A stretch of DNA of 64,000 bases from Actinomycetes bacterium (lineage in GTDB: Bacteria; Actinomycetota; Actinomycetes; S36-B12), in contig OZ257127.1 in the NCBI GenBank assembly GCA_965278965.1, positions 2,036,911 to 2,100,910 on the forward strand, read 5' to 3'. Both the position numbers and the translations under genes were made by a program. Positions within the stretch are counted from its first letter, which is position 1. Each line of letters begins with the position of its first letter. Below are positions 58,557 through 64,000 of this stretch, one piece after another. The notes under the pieces are model-generated. The model did not search any database. It was not told the DNA's origin and worked only from the letters and a program-made list of their open reading frames with translations.

Positions 58557-60797
58557 TCAGGAGGGCGCCGGCGTGCCGGCGGTCGTGGGCACGATCGCGC
58601 TGATCGCCTCGGCCACACGGTCGGCGAGCTTCAACGAGCCGCCAAGGCTCAGGTGCGTCTCGTCCTGGTAGACCGGTCCGTCCGGTCCGTCCGCCGCGCA
58701 CGTCGTCGCGTCGCACAGGCTCGGGTTGGGGTCGAAGATCGTGACCCCGTCGAACTCGTCCGCGAGCGACTGCTCCACGTCGAGCGCCGGCTTGCGGTCG
58801 GCCTCGCTGTCCGCCCGGGAGATCGTGAACGGCTCGCCGACGCCGCCCAGGATCGACGTCCGCACCTCGTAGCCGGTCATCTCCGGGACCGCGGCGACGA
58901 TCATCACGGGGACCCCAGCTTCGGAGATGTCCCGCACGACGGGCGTGAGCCCGCGCCGCCACAGGTCGACCGCCTCGGCGCGGCTCGTCGCCGCGCTGCC
59001 GTCGTCGCGGGCGGCCGTCCGGTAGTCCCACTCGGGGTGGACATAGCCCGCAGACCGGTTCGCGATGATGACGGCGTCCGGCTTCTCGGCCGTCGCCCAG
59101 TCGACGATCGACTGCTGCCACGAGCGGCACGGGTAGTTGTGCGAGCCGCTCGACTCGCGTGCGAGGAACGGGCAGCCCGTGTGGCTCGTGACGATGGTGT
59201 CGTAGCCCAGCCGCTGGGCAGCGGCGATGACGCCGTCAGCCACCGCATAGGCCTGGGAGTCTCCGACGAGCAGGATCGTGCCGCGCGCGTCCGGTGCGCC
59301 GAACCGGCAGTGCACAGGGTCGAGGTCGGTGTTCACGCATCCGGCCTTCACCGCGGCGTGCTGGGACCGCAGGCTGCCGCCCTCACCGGTAGCTACCTCG
59401 TCCTCGTGGTCCGGGGTCGTCACCGACGGCGACGGTGCCGGTGAGGGGTCAGTGGACTCCGACGACGAGTCCGGCGTGGGAGCGGTCGTGGCGGGCACGA
59501 GCGGCGCGGCGACGGAAGGCTCCGCCGTCGGCGACGACGAGAGCACTCCCCAGCCGGAGTTCGCGCCGACCAGCAGCGCGATGCACAAGGCGATCGGCAC
59601 ACCGACCGTCACCGCGACGAGGCTGCCGATCCGTGCCGCCCCGCGCGGGCGCAGCCGACGCAGGGGCTGCTCGAGGACGACGTACGACGCGACGGCCGGC
59701 ACGAGTGACGCGACGGCGGCGACGACGAGCACTGTCGGGCTGTTCGGCCACAGCAGGGCGGCGAACACGATGACGGGCCAGTGCCACAGGTACCAGGAGT
59801 ACGACACATCGCCGATGGCGACCAGGGGACGCGTCGCGAGGACACCGCTCACGGCGGACGTCCCGTAGCTGCCGGCCCATAGCAGCAGCAGCGCGCCGGC
59901 GACGGGAACCGTCGCGCTCCAGCCCGGGAAGCCGTCGCCCTGGTGCAGCGTGAACGCGGCGAGCGCGACGAGCGCGAGCCCCACGACGCCGCCACCATCG
60001 CGGACGAGCCGGGACGGCACGGGCAGGCGGGCGAGGACGAGCGCGAGCAGCGCGCCGACGGCGAACTCCCACGCGCGCGTGAGCGAGGAGTAGAAGGCGA
60101 AGGTGGGCGCTCCGCCGAAGGCCGAGGTGATGGGCTCGAGCAGCGTCGAACCGTGCGACCAGGCCAAGGAGAGGGCGAACGAGCCGGCGGCGATGACGGC
60201 GACCACCGCTCCGGGAGCCAGCCGGCCGAGGCGGGCGCGCCCGGCGGCGCGAAGCCGGCGGGCCACGACCCAGCCGAGGATGAGGAGCGCAGGGAAGACG
60301 AGGTAGAACTGCTCCTCGACCGAGAGCGACCACATGTTCAGGAGGGGGTTGCTCGTCGCGCTCTGCGCGAAGTAGTCGCCAGTCGCCGACCCGAGCACGT
60401 AGTTGGCGGACAGGAGCATCGCGCCGATGCCGGTCCGCGCGGTCGTCTGCTGCGCCCCGTACGGGTTCTGCAGCAGGAACGAGGCGACCGCGACGACGGC
60501 GACGGTGAGGGCGAGGGCGGGCGTCAGCCGGAGGAACCGTCGCAGGTAGAACGTGCCGAGCCGAAGCCGGCCGTTCGCCGCCCACTCGCGCATGAGCATC
60601 GCGGTGATGACGAACCCCGAGATGACGAAGAACACGTCCACACCGACGAAGCCGCCGGGCACCGGGAGCTCGGCATGGAACGCGACGACCAGGAGCACCG
60701 CGAGCGCCCGTAGACCCTGGATGTCCGGCCGCCGCGGGGAGCTCTCGCCCGGGGCGACCGAGGCGGCACGCGACGCGCTCGCCTCCGTCGCCGTCAT
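58557..60797 (-). CDS. Acyltransferase-3 family membrane protein fused to an SGNH hydrolase domain (OafA-like O-acyltransferase)
   Basis: DIQGLRALAVLLVVAFH and FFVISGF, about 10 TM helices, a Pro/Ser-rich linker, and a C-terminal GDSQA (SGNH block I). Confidence 0.85.
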   Translation of the reverse strand: MTATEASASRAASVAPGESSPRRPDIQGLRALAVLLVVAFHAELPVPGGFVGVDVFFVISGFVITAMLMREWAANGRLRLGTFYLRRFLRLTPALALTVAVVAVASFLLQNPYGAQQTTARTGIGAMLLSANYVLGSATGDYFAQSATSNPLLNMWSLSVEEQFYLVFPALLILGWVVARRLRAAGRARLGRLAPGAVVAVIAAGSFALSLAWSHGSTLLEPITSAFGGAPTFAFYSSLTRAWEFAVGALLALVLARLPVPSRLVRDGGGVVGLALVALAAFTLHQGDGFPGWSATVPVAGALLLLWAGSYGTSAVSGVLATRPLVAIGDVSYSWYLWHWPVIVFAALLWPNSPTVLVVAAVASLVPAVASYVVLEQPLRRLRPRGAARIGSLVAVTVGVPIALCIALLVGANSGWGVLSSSPTAEPSVAAPLVPATTAPTPDSSSESTDPSPAPSPSVTTPDHEDEVATGEGGSLRSQHAAVKAGCVNTDLDPVHCRFGAPDARGTILLVGDSQAYAVADGVIAAAQRLGYDTIVTSHTGCPFLARESSGSHNYPCRSWQQSIVDWATAEKPDAVIIANRSAGYVHPEWDYRTAARDDGSAATSRAEAVDLWRRGLTPVVRDISEAGVPVMIVAAVPEMTGYEVRTSILGGVGEPFTISRADSEADRKPALDVEQSLADEFDGVTIFDPNPSLCDATTCAADGPDGPVYQDETHLSLGGSLKLADRVAEAISAIVPTTAGTPAPS

Positions 60798-60966
60798 GGC
60801 TCCATGGTGCCGTCCCGGCGCCGCCGGGCAGAAATCGGGACCTTGGTCCCGTTGATCACGGACTCATGAGGATCGCGCGGCGGCGTGAGCGGAGAACAAT
60901 TCGAGGAGCGCGTGCCGGGCAGCCGGTGCGGGCACCCGCCGCACGGTGACCGAAGGGACAGCCGGG

Positions 60967-62400
60967 ATGTCTGCGCTCCACCTCTCCCAGTGGCAGTTCG
61001 CCATCACGACCATCTACCACTTCCTGTTCGTCCCCCTGACGATCGGCACCGTGTGGTTCGTCGTCGGCTTCCAGACGGCCTGGCACCGGACCGGCAACGT
61101 GAAGTACCTCAAGCTCACGAAGTTCTTCGGGAAGCTCTTTCTCATCAACTTCGCGATGGGCGTCGTCACGGGCATCGTGCAGGAGTTCCAGTTCGGCATG
61201 AACTGGTCGGAGTACTCGCGGTTCGTCGGTGACGTCTTTGGAGCGCCGCTGGCCATGGAGGCGCTCGCGGCCTTCTTCCTTGAGTCGACGTTCCTCGGCC
61301 TGTGGATCTTCGGCTGGGACCGCCTGCCCAAGCGGCTGCACCTGACGATGATCTGGCTCGCCGCCATCGGCTCGACCCTGTCGGCGTACTTCATCCTCGC
61401 CGCCAACGCGTTCATGCAGCATCCGGTGGGCTTCGAGATCGACCCGGCCACCGGCCGCGCGGTCCTCACCGACATCGGGGCCGTCCTCTTCCAGAACACC
61501 GCGGTCTACGCGTTCGCGCACACGATCACCGCGGCGTTCCTCATCTCGGCAGCAGGTGTCGCCGGCGTCAGTGGCTGGATGCTGTTCAAGAAGCGGCAGA
61601 TCGACGTGTTCCGGGCCTCGGCCAAGGCCGGCGCCTGGGTCGTGCTCGTCGCCGCGGTCGGCGTGTCGCTCACGGGCGACTCGATGATGAAGATCATGGT
61701 CGAGCAGCAGCCCATGAAGGTCGCGTCGGCCGAGGCGCTGTACACGACGCAGGAGAACGCCCCGCTGAGCCTGCTGACGATCGGGGATCTCTCCGGCCAG
61801 GACGCGACGACGATCCTGGAGGTGCCCGGCCTGCTGTCATGGCTCGCGACGACCCACTGGAACGGCCCGGAGAGCACGGTCCAGGGCATCGACGACCTGC
61901 AGGCCTACTACCAGAACGAGAAGTTCGGAGAGCAGTTCGGCAGCGACACGAACTACACCCCATACGTCCCGCTCATGTACTGGAGCTTCCGGGCGATGAT
62001 CGGCTTCGGCCTGATCGCGGCGCTCTACGCGATCTGGGCGTTGTTCTCGCTGCGCGGCGGACGGGTGCCACGCACCAGGCTCTTCGCCGTGTGCAGCGGA
62101 CTGGTCGTGCTGTTCCCGCTGGCGGGCGCCTCCGCGGGCTGGATCTTCACCGAGGTCGGGCGCCAGCCCTGGGTCGTGTTCGGGCAGCAGCTCACCGCCG
62201 ACGGGGTCTCGCCGCTGCTCACCCCCTTCCAGGCGTGGGTCACCCTCATCGGGTTCACGCTGTTGTACCTGGTGCTGGCGATCATCGAGGTGGGCCTGCT
62301 GCTGAAGGCCATCCGCAAGGGCGCACCGGAGGATCCCGTCCTCGACCCGCACGACGAGGCGTCGAAGGACGACGACAAGCAGCTCTACTTCGCGTACTAG
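60967..62400 (+). CDS. cydA: Cytochrome bd ubiquinol/menaquinol oxidase subunit I
   Basis: LSQWQFAITTIYHFLFVPLTIG and the Q-loop region. The ATG at 60967 has GAAGGGA upstream (GTG 60946 is the alternative). Confidence 0.93.
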   Translation: MSALHLSQWQFAITTIYHFLFVPLTIGTVWFVVGFQTAWHRTGNVKYLKLTKFFGKLFLINFAMGVVTGIVQEFQFGMNWSEYSRFVGDVFGAPLAMEALAAFFLESTFLGLWIFGWDRLPKRLHLTMIWLAAIGSTLSAYFILAANAFMQHPVGFEIDPATGRAVLTDIGAVLFQNTAVYAFAHTITAAFLISAAGVAGVSGWMLFKKRQIDVFRASAKAGAWVVLVAAVGVSLTGDSMMKIMVEQQPMKVASAEALYTTQENAPLSLLTIGDLSGQDATTILEVPGLLSWLATTHWNGPESTVQGIDDLQAYYQNEKFGEQFGSDTNYTPYVPLMYWSFRAMIGFGLIAALYAIWALFSLRGGRVPRTRLFAVCSGLVVLFPLAGASAGWIFTEVGRQPWVVFGQQLTADGVSPLLTPFQAWVTLIGFTLLYLVLAIIEVGLLLKAIRKGAPEDPVLDPHDEASKDDDKQLYFAY

Positions 62401-62427
62401 GCCCAGAGAAGAGAAGAAGGAACCGAC

Positions 62428-63507
62428 ATGGACCTCGACGTCCTGCAAGTGATCTGGTTCGTCCTGATCGCCGTGCTGTGGACCGGCTACTTCGTGCTCG
62501 ACGGCTTCGACCTCGGTGTGGGGATGCTGCTGCCCTTCCTCGGCCGTGACGAGGCACGCAAGCGCGTCATGATCAACACGATCGGGCCGGTGTGGGACGG
62601 CAACGAGGTGTGGCTGCTGACTGCGGGTGGTGCGACCTTCGCGGCGTTCCCGCTCTGGTACGCCACGATGTTCAGCGGCTTCTACCTCGCGCTGTTCTTG
62701 GTCCTCGTCGGCCTGATCCTGCGCGGCGTCGCGTTCGAGTACCGCGGCCAGGGGAGCACGCAGGCCTGGCGCACGCGCTGGGACTGGGCGATCGCCGTCG
62801 GGTCGGCACTGCCGGCGCTCCTCCTGGGCGTCGCGTTCGGCAACGTCGTGAGCGGGACGCCGATCGAGCCGCTGGCCGGGAGCACGTCACCGGACCTTGC
62901 CGGCCAGCTGAACTTCACCGGGAACCTGTTCACGCTGCTGAACCCGTTCTCGATCCTCATGGGACTCATGACCCTGACGGTGTTCTTGACCCACGGTGCG
63001 ATCTTCCTCGCGCTCCGGACGCGGGGGGACATGCACGAGGTCGCCAAGCGGGCCGCGCTGCGGATCGGCCTCGTCGCCGCTGTGATCGCCGTCGCCGCGC
63101 TGCTGTGGTACCAGGCGTACTCAGGCCACGTCGCCGCCACGCTCCCGCTGGCGTTGGTCGCCGCGGCGTCATGGGTGTTCGCCCTCGTCTGCATCCGGCG
63201 GGGGCGCGACGGCTGGGCGTTCGTGTTCAGTGCCGTGACGATCGGCCTCGCCGTGGCCACGCTGTTCGTGGGGCTGTTCCCGAACGTCATGGTCAGCAGC
63301 ACGAGCGACGCGTTCAACCTCACGATCCGCAACGCATCCAGCCAGCAGTACTCGCTTCAGGTGATGACGATCGTCGCCCTCGTCCTCACCCCGGTGGTCC
63401 TGCTGTACCAGGGCTGGACCTACTGGGTGTTCCGCAAGCGCATCAGCCCGGCGATGATCCCCGGCGAGACCGTGACCGAGGACCAGCTCGCGACGACCGG
63501 GCACTGA
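62428..63507 (+). CDS. cydB: Cytochrome bd oxidase subunit II
   Basis: IWFVLIAVLWTGYFVLDGFDLGVGML and GPVWDGNEVWL. Confidence 0.93.
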   Translation: MDLDVLQVIWFVLIAVLWTGYFVLDGFDLGVGMLLPFLGRDEARKRVMINTIGPVWDGNEVWLLTAGGATFAAFPLWYATMFSGFYLALFLVLVGLILRGVAFEYRGQGSTQAWRTRWDWAIAVGSALPALLLGVAFGNVVSGTPIEPLAGSTSPDLAGQLNFTGNLFTLLNPFSILMGLMTLTVFLTHGAIFLALRTRGDMHEVAKRAALRIGLVAAVIAVAALLWYQAYSGHVAATLPLALVAAASWVFALVCIRRGRDGWAFVFSAVTIGLAVATLFVGLFPNVMVSSTSDAFNLTIRNASSQQYSLQVMTIVALVLTPVVLLYQGWTYWVFRKRISPAMIPGETVTEDQLATTGH

Positions 63508-63525
63508 GGGGCGGGCACCCGGCGG

Positions 63526-64000
63526 TCAGCGCGCGAGCTCTTGCGCGACGAGGTAGGCGTGCGTGAGCCCGCGGCTGAGAGCGAAGCCGCTGTTGTAGGC
63601 GCTGCCCATCGTCGAGTAGCCGGCGACCGAGCCGACGGCGAACAGCCCCTCGATGATCTGGCCCCCGGGGTCGAGCACGTGGGCGTCGGCGTCGATGCGA
63701 ACGCCGCTCATCCCGATCCCGGTGCCGACGTAGCGCAGGCGCATCCCGAAGAACGGCGGTTCCACGACGTCGCCGAGTACCGGGCTGGGAGCGTGCGCGG
63801 GGTCACCGGCGAACCGGGCGATGAACGGCACGCTGCCCCGGCCGAAGTCCGGGTCGACACCGAGGCGGGCTCCCTCGTTGAACCGGGATGCGGTGAGAGC
63901 GAGGGTCGCCCCGTCGATCCCGAGAGCCTCGCCCAGCAGCTCCAGCGTCGGTGCCGTCGTGACCTGGCCATCGGGGTAGGGGGCGCCCGGTGCGCTCGTG
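63526..64000 (-). CDS. FAD-dependent oxidoreductase (fumarate reductase/KstD-like flavoprotein), 3' part only; open to the right edge
   Basis: Hand extension of the frame beyond 63831 shows no stop up to 64000 (...LELLGEALGIDGATLALTASRFNEGARLGVDPDFGRGS...). The C-terminal GLFAVGSVAGYSTMGSAYNSGFALSRGLTHAY is typical of this family. Confidence 0.7.
   Translation of the reverse strand, partial: TSAPGAPYPDGQVTTAPTLELLGEALGIDGATLALTASRFNEGARLGVDPDFGRGSVPFIARFAGDPAHAPSPVLGDVVEPPFFGMRLRYVGTGIGMSGVRIDADAHVLDPGGQIIEGLFAVGSVAGYSTMGSAYNSGFALSRGLTHAYLVAQELAR

Noticed and set aside
60852-60869. Rex-type (TTGTGAA-N4-TTCACAA) or CRP-type operator upstream of cydA at TTGATCACGGACTCATGA
   Set aside because: Only about 4/7 matches per half-site, and the two halves are not inverted repeats of each other.
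1-64000. tRNA, rRNA, tmRNA or known riboswitch genes
   Set aside because: I looked for T-arm-like GGTTCGAATCC/GGTTCGAGTCC strings and for long non-coding gaps and found none. Every gap longer than 150 bp is accounted for by oriC, promoters or hairpin repeats. A covariance-model scan would be needed to exclude small RNAs.

Overview
High-GC actinobacterial chromosomal origin region, with gene order like the conserved Streptomyces/Micrococcales ori-proximal arrangement. From the left: the dnaN 5' end, an oriC DnaA-box cluster and dnaA on the minus strand. Then rpmH-rnpA-yidD-yidC-jag-rsmG-parA-parB on the plus strand, with two parS-like sites. Next is the conserved minus-strand block of ddl-like gene, aminotransferase, cwlM, trxA, trxB, anti-sigM, sigM, pseudokinase, murJ, Rv3909-like gene and nudix. 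This is followed by cca, DUF2252, ino1-padR, DUF5318, ponA, a GT87 membrane protein, xthA-femAB-alr-like, rpsF-ssb-rpsR-rplI, a low-GC islet of four small membrane-protein genes, an LMW phosphatase and dnaB. The right 24 kb is metabolic/accessory. It holds a Weimberg-like sugar-acid oxidation operon, two class-III aminotransferases, an orphan DHPS-like gene, an esterase, SDRs and a second nudix. It also holds a secreted clan GH-A glycosidase, tetR plus a quinone reductase, a sensor PP2C phosphatase, an aminotransferase, an acyltransferase-SGNH protein, cydAB and the 3' end of an FAD oxidoreductase. I saw no rRNA, tRNA, CRISPR array, transposase or integrase, and no recognisable defence system. 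Many long ORFs in the six-frame track are antisense or out-of-frame shadows of real genes, as expected at this GC content. The most interesting signals are non-coding. Several families of intergenic hairpin repeats occur, one with a covarying base pair. A DnaA-box-like cluster sits upstream of dnaB. A 10-bp phased AT-rich tandem array lies between parA and parB. A nudix gene is bracketed by 63-nt direct repeats. The small-membrane-gene islet is bracketed by related hairpins. A 29-codon ORF with a strong SD was also found. All functional calls rest on motif recognition by eye and remembered synteny; no database search was run.
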